From NCBI GenBank assembly GCA_038245655.1, contig JBBRSE010000018.1, positions 743 through 64,742 on the forward strand: a DNA stretch of 64,000 bases. Reading direction: 5' to 3'. Below, one piece after another: positions 51,181-60,329 of this stretch; position 1 is the stretch's first letter, and each line of letters starts with the position of its first letter. Origin of the DNA: Mycobacteriales bacterium. Lineage in GTDB: Bacteria > Actinomycetota > Actinomycetes > Frankiales > Frankiaceae. The translations under genes were made by a program, and so were the position numbers. The notes beneath the pieces were generated by a model. That model searched no databases, was not told the origin of the DNA, and saw only the letters and a list, made by a program, of their open reading frames with translations.

Positions 51181-51323
51181 TGACCCAGGACACGTGCATC
51201 TACGTGCACGACTCGCCGGGGGAAGGCGACGGTTGCCGGCAGGCGATGTCGCTTCCCCACGACACCGCCTGCCGAACGATCCGGCTTGCCTCGTACGCTG
51301 GATGGGACGCGCAAGCTGGTGTA

Positions 51324-51355
51324 CCGAACATACGTTCGAAACGCCAGGGCGTCAA
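51324..51355 (-). promoter_or_regulatory. LexA (SOS) box overlapping a sigma-A-type promoter
   Basis: The minus strand reads TTGACG-17nt-TATGTT (-35 at 51355-51350, -10 at 51332-51327). The palindrome CGAAC-GTAT-GTTCG (51325-51339) covers the -10. This is a near-match to actinobacterial TCGAAC-N4-GTTCGA. Confidence 0.7.
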
Positions 51356-51397
51356 GCTTTCCGATCGGCGTCCCGACGTCCGCCTAAGGGGCAGCCC

Positions 51398-51580
51398 TCA
51401 GGTGCGCTCGGGCGGCGGCCCGACTCCGTCGCCGCGCAGCACGAACCGCCGGTTGCACGACTGGCACCACCAGCCGCCGCGCTCCCCTACCGGCTCGAGA
51501 TCTTCCTCGCCGCAGTAGGGGCAGTAGAACGGCACCGAACGCTCTCCCCCGGGGGAGGTCGCGGGTGGGCCTTCAGTCAC
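51398..51580 (-). CDS. 60-aa zinc-ribbon microprotein
   Basis: CPYC-x15-CQSC motif. GTG at 51580 lies 7 nt after the sulfite reductase stop. Confidence 0.6.
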   Translation of the reverse strand: MTEGPPATSPGGERSVPFYCPYCGEEDLEPVGERGGWWCQSCNRRFVLRGDGVGPPPERT

Positions 51581-51587
51581 CAGGGGC

Positions 51588-53228
51588 CTACTGCAGCGCC
51601 GACTCGTCAGCGCGCCGGACCCAGGAAGCGAAGCTCTCGCCCTCGGTGCGACCCGCCTGGAACGAGCGCAGGATCCGCTCCACGAAGTCCGGAAGCTCTT
51701 GCGAGGTCACCTTGAGCCCGCGCACCTTGCGTCCGAGCGCCGCCTCGACGCCGAGCGAGCCGCCGAGATGAATCTGGAAGCCCTCTTCGCCGCCGATCAG
51801 GGAACCCTTCAAACCGATGTCGGCGACCTGGAAGCGGGTGCAGGCATTCGGGCAGCCGTTGACGTTGATGCCGATCGGCTCGTCAAAGTTGGGCATGCGG
51901 CGCTCGAGCTCATCGATCAGGTCGCTCGCGCGGGCCTTGGTCTCGACGATGGCGAGCTTGCAGAACTCCAGCCCGGTGCAGGCCATGGTCGAACGGCGGA
52001 ACGACGAGGGGTTCACCGCCAGGTCGAGAGCGGCCAGTTCGGCGGTAAGGCCGTCGACGTCACGAACGCCCAGGATGATCAGCTTCTGCTCGGTCGTGGT
52101 GCGTATCTCGCCGGCGCCGAACCGGTCGGCAAGGTCTGCGACCTGAGCCAGCAGGGTGCCGGGCACCCGGCCGGCGCGCGGCGCGAAACCGACGGCAAAC
52201 GTGCCGTCACGCAGCTCCGTCACGCCGACATGATCGCGACGCTTCGAACGCGGAGTGGCCGGGGCGGGACCGTCCTGCAGCGGGTAGCCGAGGTACTCCT
52301 TCTCGAGCACTTCACGGAAACGCTCCGGACCCCAGTCCGAGACCAGGAACTTAAGGCGCGCCCGGGTACGCGAGCGGCGATATCCGTAGTCCCTGAAGAT
52401 CGACGTGACGCCCGCCCAAACCTCGGGCAGCTGCTCCGGGGTGACGAAGACGCCGAGCCGCACCGCGAGCTTGGGGTTGGTCGACAGGCCGCCGCCGACC
52501 CAGAGGTCGAAGCCGGGAGTGCCCGCGGGTCCGTCGGGCACGCCGACGAAAGAAACGTCGTTGATCTCGTGAATCGTGCAGTGGTCCGGGCATCCGGAGA
52601 TCGCCGTCTTGAATTTGCGAGGCAGGTTGGAGAAGTCGGGCGAGCCGATGTAACGGCTGACAACCTCCGCGATCGCATCGGTGCCGTCGATGACCTCATT
52701 GGCATCGACCCCGGCCAGCGGGCAGCCGAGGATCACGCGCGGGGTGTCCCCGCACGCTTCCGTCGTCGAGAGGCCGGCCCCTTCGAGCCGCTCCCAGATC
52801 GCCGGCATGTCTTCGATACGGATCCAGTGCAGCTGCACGTTCTGACGATCGGTGACATCGGCGGTGTCGCGGCCGTAATCGGTGCTCACCTGCGCGATGA
52901 CCCGCAGCTGCTCGGACGTGAGACGCCCGCCATCGATACGCACCCGCAGCATGAAGAACTTGTCGTCCAGCTCCGCCGGCTCGAGCGAACCGGTCAGGCC
53001 ACCACCGATGCCGGGCTTGCGCTGGGTATAGAGCCCCCACCAGCGCATACGGCCACGCAGATCGTTCGGTTCGATCGAGTCGAACCCGTTTTGCGCGTAG
53101 ACCGTCTCGATCCGCTGCCGGACGTTAAGCCCGTCATCTTCTTTTTTGAACTGCTCATTCGTATTGAGCGGCTCCCGATCGCCGAGGGCCCACTGGCCCT
53201 GCCCGGTGGAGCGCTGAGGCGCGGGCAT
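51588..53228 (-). CDS. sirA: Ferredoxin-dependent sulfite reductase (nitrite/sulfite reductase family)
   Basis: Siroheme/4Fe-4S Cys clusters ACTGLEFCKLA and NGCPNACTRFQ. ATG at 53228 lies 9 nt after GGAAGGA. Confidence 0.93.
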   Translation of the reverse strand: MPAPQRSTGQGQWALGDREPLNTNEQFKKEDDGLNVRQRIETVYAQNGFDSIEPNDLRGRMRWWGLYTQRKPGIGGGLTGSLEPAELDDKFFMLRVRIDGGRLTSEQLRVIAQVSTDYGRDTADVTDRQNVQLHWIRIEDMPAIWERLEGAGLSTTEACGDTPRVILGCPLAGVDANEVIDGTDAIAEVVSRYIGSPDFSNLPRKFKTAISGCPDHCTIHEINDVSFVGVPDGPAGTPGFDLWVGGGLSTNPKLAVRLGVFVTPEQLPEVWAGVTSIFRDYGYRRSRTRARLKFLVSDWGPERFREVLEKEYLGYPLQDGPAPATPRSKRRDHVGVTELRDGTFAVGFAPRAGRVPGTLLAQVADLADRFGAGEIRTTTEQKLIILGVRDVDGLTAELAALDLAVNPSSFRRSTMACTGLEFCKLAIVETKARASDLIDELERRMPNFDEPIGINVNGCPNACTRFQVADIGLKGSLIGGEEGFQIHLGGSLGVEAALGRKVRGLKVTSQELPDFVERILRSFQAGRTEGESFASWVRRADESALQ

Positions 53229-53522
53229 GCGCACGGATCCTTCCGCTGGAACAAGCACATACCGGACGCCTCAAGTCTCGCACAGTGTCGCGGGAAGCTA
53301 GCTCCCGCGAACGCGAAGGGTCGGCGAACGCATTCACCGGGGGCCCGCGGGAACATCTGGGCTCACCTCGTTGTAGTGTTCAAACGTGTTCTTGATGCTC
53401 GTTGCGCGGCTGCATGTTGATCTGCAGCGTTGCTCGAGCGCGGTCTGTCCGCAGCGGTAGTCGGCGCGTCAGCTTTCTGATGCGTCTTTCTCCCGCCCGA
53501 CTGACCTCGATGAAGGACGCTT

Positions 53523-54218
53523 GTGACCTGCCTAGACCTGACAACGTTATCGCCGCGCGAGCTCGCCGAACGCGCCGGCGAGGAGCTTGAAGGCGCACCC
53601 CCCGTCGAAGTCCTGCGCTGGGCGGTTGACCGCTTCAGCCCGCGCTTCGCGGTGACCGCTTCGATGCAGGACACCGTCCTGCTGCACATGATTTCGCAGG
53701 TGGACCCCACGATTCCGGTGGTTTTCCTCGACACTGGCTACCACTTCCCGGAGACCATCGGTACGGCCGACGCCTCCGAGATGGTCTATGGCCTGAACAA
53801 CCTGCTACGTATCCGACCGAAGCTGACAACCTCGCAGCAGGATCAGGCGTTCGGGCCGCGGCTGTATGAGCGCGACCCCGACGCCTGCTGCCGGATGCGC
53901 AAAGTGCGCCCGCTCGAGACCGCCATGCGCGAGTACGACGCCTGGGCTTCCGGGGTGCGCCGCCATGAGAGCGACACCCGGTCGACGGCCCGGCTGATCG
54001 AGTGGGACGCGCGCAAGGGGAAAGTGAAGATCAACCCCCTGGTCGCGTGGTCCCAGGAGCAGATCAATCAGTACGTCGAAGCCAACGGCGTCCTGGTCAA
54101 TCCGCTGCTGTCCGAGGGCTACGCCAGCGTCGGCTGCGCCCCCTGCACCCGCCCCGGTGCCGGCCGCGACGGACGCTGGGCCGGCCAGAGCAAGATCGAA
54201 TGCGGCCTTCACCTTTGA
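53523..54218 (+). CDS. cysH: Adenosine 5'-phosphosulfate (APS/PAPS) reductase
   Basis: Fe-S cysteines CC (DPDACCRMRKV) and CAPC, plus C-terminal ECGLH. Confidence 0.92.
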   Translation: MTCLDLTTLSPRELAERAGEELEGAPPVEVLRWAVDRFSPRFAVTASMQDTVLLHMISQVDPTIPVVFLDTGYHFPETIGTADASEMVYGLNNLLRIRPKLTTSQQDQAFGPRLYERDPDACCRMRKVRPLETAMREYDAWASGVRRHESDTRSTARLIEWDARKGKVKINPLVAWSQEQINQYVEANGVLVNPLLSEGYASVGCAPCTRPGAGRDGRWAGQSKIECGLHL

Positions 54219-54249
54219 GCCTCGGCCGACCCCCAAAGATGCTAGAGAG

Positions 54250-54930
54250 GTGAACGCCGAGCCCGATCTGGTGCTGGTTGGTCACGGCAGCCGCGACCCG
54301 CGTGCGGGCATGGTTCTGCGTGCCCTCCGCGACGCGGTGGCAGCACGCCTGTCCGTTGAGGTGACTCTCGCGTGGATCGAGCTGGACACCCCGCTGATCG
54401 GCGACGTGATGCGCGCGCGGGAGGACCCGCCCGTCGTCGTTCCGCTGCTGCTTTCCCGCGGGACGCATACGGCTCGTGATCTGCCCCCGGGTGCCCGCAG
54501 GGCGCTCGGACCGGATCCGATCCTGACGGCGATCCTGCTCGACCGGCTACGTGAGGCCGCCATCACCCCCGGGCGCCCGCTCGTCCTGGCGGCGACCGGC
54601 TCGACGGACCCACTCGGGACCTGCGACTTGTTGGCGCAGGCCGAAATGCTCGAAGCGGCCTGGAAGGCCCCCGTTCGCCCCGGCTTCGTCACCGGCGAGC
54701 CGTCGCTCTCGGCGGCCACCGAGGCGGCCTCCGCAGCGGCCGGCGAAAGCACCCAAAATCGCAGCTCAGAGCCGCCTGCAGTGGTCAGCTACTTCCTGGC
54801 GCCCGGGCGCTTGCCGGACAGTGCTGAAGCCGACACCGACCACCTTGGCACCCATCCGGCCCTCATCGAATTAGTCCTAATGCGCTATCACGGGGTTGCT
54901 CCGCTCGGCGTAACCCGGATGGGCCTGTAG
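54250..54930 (+). CDS. Sirohydrochlorin ferrochelatase (CbiX/SirB family)
   Basis: LVLVGHGSRDP at the N-terminus and a second half-domain LVLAATGSTDP. GTG at 54250 is preferred over 54157, which overlaps cysH. Confidence 0.8.
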   Translation: MNAEPDLVLVGHGSRDPRAGMVLRALRDAVAARLSVEVTLAWIELDTPLIGDVMRAREDPPVVVPLLLSRGTHTARDLPPGARRALGPDPILTAILLDRLREAAITPGRPLVLAATGSTDPLGTCDLLAQAEMLEAAWKAPVRPGFVTGEPSLSAATEAASAAAGESTQNRSSEPPAVVSYFLAPGRLPDSAEADTDHLGTHPALIELVLMRYHGVAPLGVTRMGL

Positions 54931-54943
54931 GCGCACTTCCCGC

Positions 54944-55387
54944 TTGCCGAAGCTCTGTGATGTGGCAGGAATGCAGACCATCATCCGGCCGGCGGCGGTG
55001 CTGCCGGAACAGGCGGCGCAGCTGATACTTCGGGGGCTCCGTCAACAAGACGTCGCGTCCGGAGGCGTCTGGAACACGACGGCGACTCTTTGGCAGCGCT
55101 ACGACCGTCCCTGGGACGGCCCGCTCGGCAGCCCAGGCAGAGCCGAGCTCGTCGGGACCATCGCCGTCGTCTACGGCACCCCCACCCGAGCGAGCATCAC
55201 CGTCTACCGGGCCTCCGTCACGGATGCTGCGGTGGCGGCCGGGTGGACGACCGACAACCTCTGTGACGAGGCGTTCAGCCACGCCGGCCTCATGCTGGCC
55301 AACTGCCCGCGAGCTGTCCTGGCTGCGCCGCCGGCTCGTGACCCGTTCAAGCCGGCTGCCCTCATGCAGCACTATGGCGGCGAGTAG
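54944..55387 (+). CDS. Hypothetical protein (start uncertain; ATG 54971 is an alternative)
   Basis: 147-aa ORF with high GC3 and no recognised motif. Confidence 0.4.
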   Translation: MPKLCDVAGMQTIIRPAAVLPEQAAQLILRGLRQQDVASGGVWNTTATLWQRYDRPWDGPLGSPGRAELVGTIAVVYGTPTRASITVYRASVTDAAVAAGWTTDNLCDEAFSHAGLMLANCPRAVLAAPPARDPFKPAALMQHYGGE

Positions 55388-55424
55388 GGCCGCAGCCGAG
55401 GCCTGCAGCGGGCAAGCTGGTCAG

Positions 55425-56156
55425 GTGCACGGGACACCGGAGTTGGTGACGCTTCACCTCTGGGGAGTGCGCCGCCGTCACTTGCCGTGGGCCCTCAGCC
55501 GGATGGCGCTGCACCGCGGGTCGCTGCGCGCCGCTCCCGGGCTGCGCTTTGCGCGACTGCTCGGCACTGGGCATGGCGAGTCCTTCACCCCCGCCGACGC
55601 CGACCCCGGACACTGGGCATTGCTGTCGAGTTGGGAGACCCCGGCCCACGCGGCGACGTTTGAGCGCAGCGCCATGATGACTGCGTGGAACGACCACAGT
55701 CACGAACGATGGCGGCTCGGCCTGCGGCCGCTGACCTCCCACGGACTCTGGTCCGGCCAGCAACCTTTCGGGCCGAGCCGCGCCGCCGACGCCCGTTCAC
55801 AAGCTGCCGGCGGGCCCTGCGCGGTGCTGACCCGTGCACGGCTGCACTCGGCGAAGGCCGCGACCTTCTGGCGGTCCATCCCGCCGGTCGCCCGCGCTCT
55901 GCATACTGCCGACGGCCTGCGCTTCGCCCGCGGCATCGGCGAGGCCCCCATCGGTCTGCAGGCCACCTTTTCGGTCTGGGATGACGAGCAGGCCGCCGCC
56001 GACTTCGCCTACCGCTCCCCAGAACATCGCCTGGCCATCGAGCGCACCGCGCAGACCGGCTGGTACGCCGAGCAACTCTTCGCCCGGTTCGCGGTGGTCG
56101 AAGCCAGCGGCATCGTGAACGGCAGGGATCCGCTCCTGATCGAAGGTGCGCCGTGA
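55425..56156 (+). CDS. Tandem ABM-fold protein, CrtA-like (spheroidene monooxygenase family; tentative)
   Basis: GTG at 55425. N-terminus LVTLHLWGV. Two roughly 100-aa halves each end in a ...W.s...a..F... pattern. First gene of an overlap-coupled operon. Confidence 0.5.
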   Translation: MHGTPELVTLHLWGVRRRHLPWALSRMALHRGSLRAAPGLRFARLLGTGHGESFTPADADPGHWALLSSWETPAHAATFERSAMMTAWNDHSHERWRLGLRPLTSHGLWSGQQPFGPSRAADARSQAAGGPCAVLTRARLHSAKAATFWRSIPPVARALHTADGLRFARGIGEAPIGLQATFSVWDDEQAAADFAYRSPEHRLAIERTAQTGWYAEQLFARFAVVEASGIVNGRDPLLIEGAP

Positions 56157-56746
56157 TGGTCGAGTCGCCCGCGGCGCGACCCGACGGCATAACCCTGGAG
56201 TGCTGGACGCCCGTGAAAATGAACACCCGGCTGACCGACATGATGCGGGTGTACCGGCGGGCCTTCCTTGACGTCCACGAGGCACACCCGGCCCGCGCCG
56301 AGATCGAGCGCACCGCTCACGCTCGGAGCCACTTGCGACGTCCGGGAGTGCGCGCCGTCGCCGCACTCGAAGGCAGCCACCTCGTCGGAATCGGCTACGG
56401 CCAGCCCGGCACCGCCGGCCAGTGGTGGCACGACGTGGTGATGGCCGCCGTCGCCACCGACCGCGGCGACGACGCCGCCGACGACTGGCTCGGCAGCTGC
56501 TTTGAGATCGTGGAGCTTCACGTGCTGCCGACCCATCAGGGCCAGGGCATCGGACGTGACGTGCTGCGACTGCTCATCTCGGACACCGGGGCGCGCACCG
56601 CCGCGCTGTCGGCGCTTGAACCGGACGGCAGCCCGGCTCGCCGGTTGTACACGGCCGAAGGCTTTGTCCCGCTCCTTCAGCATTTCCGCTTCCCTGGCGG
56701 CCCGACGCGCTATGCGGTGCTCGCCAAACGCCTGACCTCCGTATGA
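56153..56746 (+). CDS. GNAT-family N-acetyltransferase
   Basis: Motif A HQGQGIGRDVL. GTGA overlap with the upstream stop. Confidence 0.8.
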   Translation: MMVESPAARPDGITLECWTPVKMNTRLTDMMRVYRRAFLDVHEAHPARAEIERTAHARSHLRRPGVRAVAALEGSHLVGIGYGQPGTAGQWWHDVVMAAVATDRGDDAADDWLGSCFEIVELHVLPTHQGQGIGRDVLRLLISDTGARTAALSALEPDGSPARRLYTAEGFVPLLQHFRFPGGPTRYAVLAKRLTSV

Positions 56747-58353
56747 CGGGTACGGGATCGGACGTGGTCGTCATCGGCGGCGGCCACAATGGTTTGGTCG
56801 CGGCCTGCTACCTGGCTCGCGCCGGCCGATCTGTCGAGGTCATCGAACGTGACGACGTCGTCGGGGGCGCCGTGTCGACCGTCGAGCGATTTGCCGGCTA
56901 TCGCGTGGACCGGGGGTCGAGCCTGCACGTGATGATCCGCTGGACCGGGATCGTGGAGGAGCTCGATCTCGCCCGGTTCGGACTGCGCTACATCGACTGC
57001 GATCCCTGGGGTTTCTTTCCGATCACCGGGGCGCCCGGCGGTGGGATCACGTTTCGGGTCGATCTGGAACGCACCTGCGCCTCGATCGAAGCCGTGTGCG
57101 GCGCGGCGGAGGCGGACGTGTACCGCGGTTTCGTCGGCGACTGGTCGCAGCGGATGGCGCCGATGATCGAAGCGTTCAATGCACCGCCGACGCCTGGACG
57201 CCTGGGCCGGGCCGCCTGGCGCGCCGGCAGGCATCTGCCTGCGAGCGGTCTGGAGATCGGGCGTCAATTCCTGTCCGGCGGCGATGCCGTACTCGATGAG
57301 ACCTTCAGCGACGAACGCCTCAAGACAGCGCTCGCTTGGCTGGGCGCGCAGTCGGGTCCGCCGATGTCCGAACCGGGAACCGCGGGCCATCTCGGCTGGA
57401 GCGCGATGATGCACCGGCAGGCTCCCGGGCGAGCAATCGGCGGGTCCGGAGCGCTCACAGGTGCCCTGGCAGCGCGCCTGCAGTCGGACGGTGGACGCTT
57501 GCGGCTGGGCGATGGCGCGCGATCGATCGAGACGCAGGGGGGGCGCGTCACCGCTGTGACGACGACATCCGGCAATCGGCTGCCGTGCACGACCGTGATC
57601 GCCGCGTGCCACGTCCTCACCACGCTCGAACTCGCCGCCGACGGTTTACCCCCCGGGCTGGTTGATCGTGCGCGGCGGGCCATCCCGGTGGGCAATGGGA
57701 TCGGCGTCGCGCTGCGACTGGCCACCCGTTCCTTGCCGGACTACCCCGGCGCCGCGCCGGACGTGCACTCGGGTCTTGGCCTGCTGGCACCGGACCGCCA
57801 AGTCCTGGCGGCCGCGTACGGCGACAAACTCGCGGGGCTACCGCCGGCTCGGCCCCCCGCCGTCGTCATGGGCTTCTCCGGCATCGATCCGAGCCTGGCG
57901 CCGCCGGATCGACACCTCGTGACTGTCTGGGGACAGTGGTACCCGTACGACCTCGGCCGCGGCTCGCCGGCCAGTTGGGAGGCCGCCCGCGAACCCACCA
58001 TCAAGCGTCTGCTCGCCGCGGTCGATGCGGCCGCACCTGGCTTCTCCGCAACCGTCGAAGAGGCGTTTCTGCAGACCCCCGAGGACCTGGAACGTGAGCT
58101 CGGGCTGCTGCGGGGCAACGTCATGCACGTCGATATGAGCCTGCCGGCGATGTTCGCCTGGCGCCCGCTCCCGGAGCTCTCCGGCTACCGCACCCCGATC
58201 GCAGGCCTCTACCTCGCCGGCGCGTCGACCCACCCGGGCGGCGGCGTGTCCGGGGCGAGCGGTCGGAGCGCCGCTCGGGTGGTGATGGCCGATGAGGAGC
58301 GCGCGTCCCGCCGTCTTCGGTCGCGCTTTGCTGTCCTCGGGCACCGGCGATGA
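56743..58353 (+). CDS. Phytoene-desaturase-family (CrtI-like) FAD oxidoreductase
   Basis: FAD-binding fold VVVIGGGHNGLVAACYLARAG and C-terminal LYLAGASTHPGGGV. ATGA overlap with the upstream stop. Confidence 0.85.
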   Translation: MTGTGSDVVVIGGGHNGLVAACYLARAGRSVEVIERDDVVGGAVSTVERFAGYRVDRGSSLHVMIRWTGIVEELDLARFGLRYIDCDPWGFFPITGAPGGGITFRVDLERTCASIEAVCGAAEADVYRGFVGDWSQRMAPMIEAFNAPPTPGRLGRAAWRAGRHLPASGLEIGRQFLSGGDAVLDETFSDERLKTALAWLGAQSGPPMSEPGTAGHLGWSAMMHRQAPGRAIGGSGALTGALAARLQSDGGRLRLGDGARSIETQGGRVTAVTTTSGNRLPCTTVIAACHVLTTLELAADGLPPGLVDRARRAIPVGNGIGVALRLATRSLPDYPGAAPDVHSGLGLLAPDRQVLAAAYGDKLAGLPPARPPAVVMGFSGIDPSLAPPDRHLVTVWGQWYPYDLGRGSPASWEAAREPTIKRLLAAVDAAAPGFSATVEEAFLQTPEDLERELGLLRGNVMHVDMSLPAMFAWRPLPELSGYRTPIAGLYLAGASTHPGGGVSGASGRSAARVVMADEERASRRLRSRFAVLGHRR

Positions 58354-59189
58354 CGTCCCCGTACGCTCAGGTCGTGGCGAGCTCCACCGCATCCGGCGTC
58401 GCAACCAGGAGCCTGGCGCTGCGGCTTCCCGTTCGCCGCCAGCTTCCCGTCGCACTGGCCGCGATCACGGTGCTGGCCCAGGTCGCCTATCCCCTGCTGG
58501 ACGGTGTCGAGCGAAATCGGCTCACCGTCGCCACGGTCCTGCTGTGGTGCAGCGCCTCGCTGAGTCATGCGCTCCTGACTCGCGGGCCGCGTTTCGCCGC
58601 GGGCCTGCTGGCGATCAGTGCCGGGGTCGGCTTCGGCGCGGAGGTGGTCGGCACGGCGACCGGCTGGCCGTTCGGAAGCTACAGCTACGCGGCCACGCTC
58701 GGCCCGCGGCTGGCAGACGTACCGATCATCGTTCCGCTCGCCTGGACGATGATGGCCTACCCGGCGCTGCTGGTCGGGCGGCGCATCGGGGCACCGGTGC
58801 TGGCCGGGGCGGCCGCGCTCGCGAGCTGGGATCTGTTCCTGGACCCGCAGATGGTCGCCGCCGGCCATTGGCATTTCACCGGCGCGGGCCCGACCATGAA
58901 CGCGATCCCGGTGTCGAACACGGTCGGCTGGATCGGCGTCTCGCTGGTGATCATGGTCCTGCTCAGGCGCCTTCCCGAACGCTTGCCAGCGGGCAGCCCG
59001 CCCGATGACCGGGTACCGCTAGGGCTGTACCTGTGGACCTACGCCTCATCGGTGTTGGCCGCCGTCGCGTTCTTCGATCGGCCCGGCGTCGCGCTGGTTG
59101 GCGGCGTCGTCATGGGCATCCCGGTCCTCCTGCACCTGCGCGCACGTACCGGAGCGGTTGCAGTCCGCCCGCCGGACGTCGCCGGGTGA
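58350..59189 (+). CDS. Membrane 'carotenoid biosynthesis protein' family (DUF422 / CruF-like)
   Basis: About 7 TM helices with motifs TGWPFGSYSY and WDLFLDPQMV. ATGA overlap with the upstream stop. Confidence 0.7.
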   Translation: MTSPYAQVVASSTASGVATRSLALRLPVRRQLPVALAAITVLAQVAYPLLDGVERNRLTVATVLLWCSASLSHALLTRGPRFAAGLLAISAGVGFGAEVVGTATGWPFGSYSYAATLGPRLADVPIIVPLAWTMMAYPALLVGRRIGAPVLAGAAALASWDLFLDPQMVAAGHWHFTGAGPTMNAIPVSNTVGWIGVSLVIMVLLRRLPERLPAGSPPDDRVPLGLYLWTYASSVLAAVAFFDRPGVALVGGVVMGIPVLLHLRARTGAVAVRPPDVAG

Positions 59190-60319
59190 GCCGCACCAGC
59201 ACCGCAGCCAGCACCGCTCGTCGCGCCGCCCGCCTGGTCGCGGTGGGGCTCGCGATCCACTCGGCAGCTAACGCGCACCTGTTGCGCCGACCCCCCGCCG
59301 CGTCGGCAAAGATCCTCGGTGGTGAGCGCATCAGCGTGCTGCTCCCGCTGCGCGATGAGGCCCACCGGCTGATGCCCTGCCTGCGGGCCCTGACGAGCCA
59401 GGTCGGCCTGGACGAGGCCGCGGCGGTCGAGTTTGTCGTGTTCGACGATGACTCCTGCGACAACACCGCCGATCTGGTTGCCGCCGTGTGCGGTCACGAG
59501 CCCCGCATGCGACTCATCCGCTCGAGCGGCCCGCCGCCGGCTGGCTTTTTCGGCAAGCCGTGGGCCTGCTCGCAACTTGCCGCGGCGGCGGATCCGAACG
59601 CCACCGTCCTGGTGTTCCTTGACGCCGACGTGGTGCTGGCTCCCGAGGCACTGACCCGGACGGTCACGCTGCTTCGCGAAGCCCGGCTGGATTTCGTGAG
59701 CCCCTATCCACGCCAGCGCGCCGATTCCCCGGCCGAACGCCTCGTGCAGCCGTTGCTGCAATGGTCGTGGCTCACCTTCGCGCCGCTGCGGCTGGCCGAG
59801 CGCACTGCCCACCGCTCGCTGGCGCTGGCCAACGGTCAGCTCCTGGCGGTGGACGCTGCTCGTTACGCCGCCGCGGGCGGTCACCATGGCGATGGCGTAC
59901 GCAATGGCGTGCTCGAAGACGTTGCGCTTGCACGGGCTCTTCGCGGGATCGGCGCGAGCGGAGGGATGGCCGACGGGACACCGATCGCCACCTGCCGGAT
60001 GTACGACGGCTGGGAGCAGCTCCGCGACGGCTACACCAAGTCGCTCTGGGCGGCCGGCGGCGGCCATCCCGCGGTCAGCCTTGGTCAGCTGGCCCTGCTC
60101 AGCTGGCTCTACCTGCGGCCCGACCCCGTCACGTACGCGGCCGGCGTGGCCTCCCGGGTCATCGCGGCCCGCAAGAGCGGCGCGCGCGTGTTGCCCGACG
60201 TTCTCGCCCACCCGCTGTCGATCGCCACCCTCGTCGCGCTGACGGCCCGATCATGGCAGCACCGGCTGACCGGGCGGCTGCAGTGGAAGGGCCGCCCCCT
60301 CCCTACTCCGTCCGCGTAG
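59186..60319 (+). CDS. Family 2 glycosyltransferase
   Basis: Motifs ISVLLPLRDEA, VFDDDSCDNT and LDADVVL, with C-terminal TM segments. GTGA overlap with the upstream stop. Confidence 0.85.
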   Translation: MSRTSTAASTARRAARLVAVGLAIHSAANAHLLRRPPAASAKILGGERISVLLPLRDEAHRLMPCLRALTSQVGLDEAAAVEFVVFDDDSCDNTADLVAAVCGHEPRMRLIRSSGPPPAGFFGKPWACSQLAAAADPNATVLVFLDADVVLAPEALTRTVTLLREARLDFVSPYPRQRADSPAERLVQPLLQWSWLTFAPLRLAERTAHRSLALANGQLLAVDAARYAAAGGHHGDGVRNGVLEDVALARALRGIGASGGMADGTPIATCRMYDGWEQLRDGYTKSLWAAGGGHPAVSLGQLALLSWLYLRPDPVTYAAGVASRVIAARKSGARVLPDVLAHPLSIATLVALTARSWQHRLTGRLQWKGRPLPTPSA

Positions 60320-60329
60320 CGGCGACCGC

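Noticed and set aside
50640-51314. 224-aa minus-strand ORF spanning the DUF6504 gene and its 5' UTR
   Set aside because: It is an Arg/Ser-rich alternate frame without the GC3 pattern. It would run from within the region just downstream of the promoter.
53068-53086. GGTTCGA-TCGAG-TCGAACC palindrome as a second LexA box
   Set aside because: The half-sites are in the wrong order (GTTC...GAAC) with the wrong spacing. It lies inside the sirA coding sequence.
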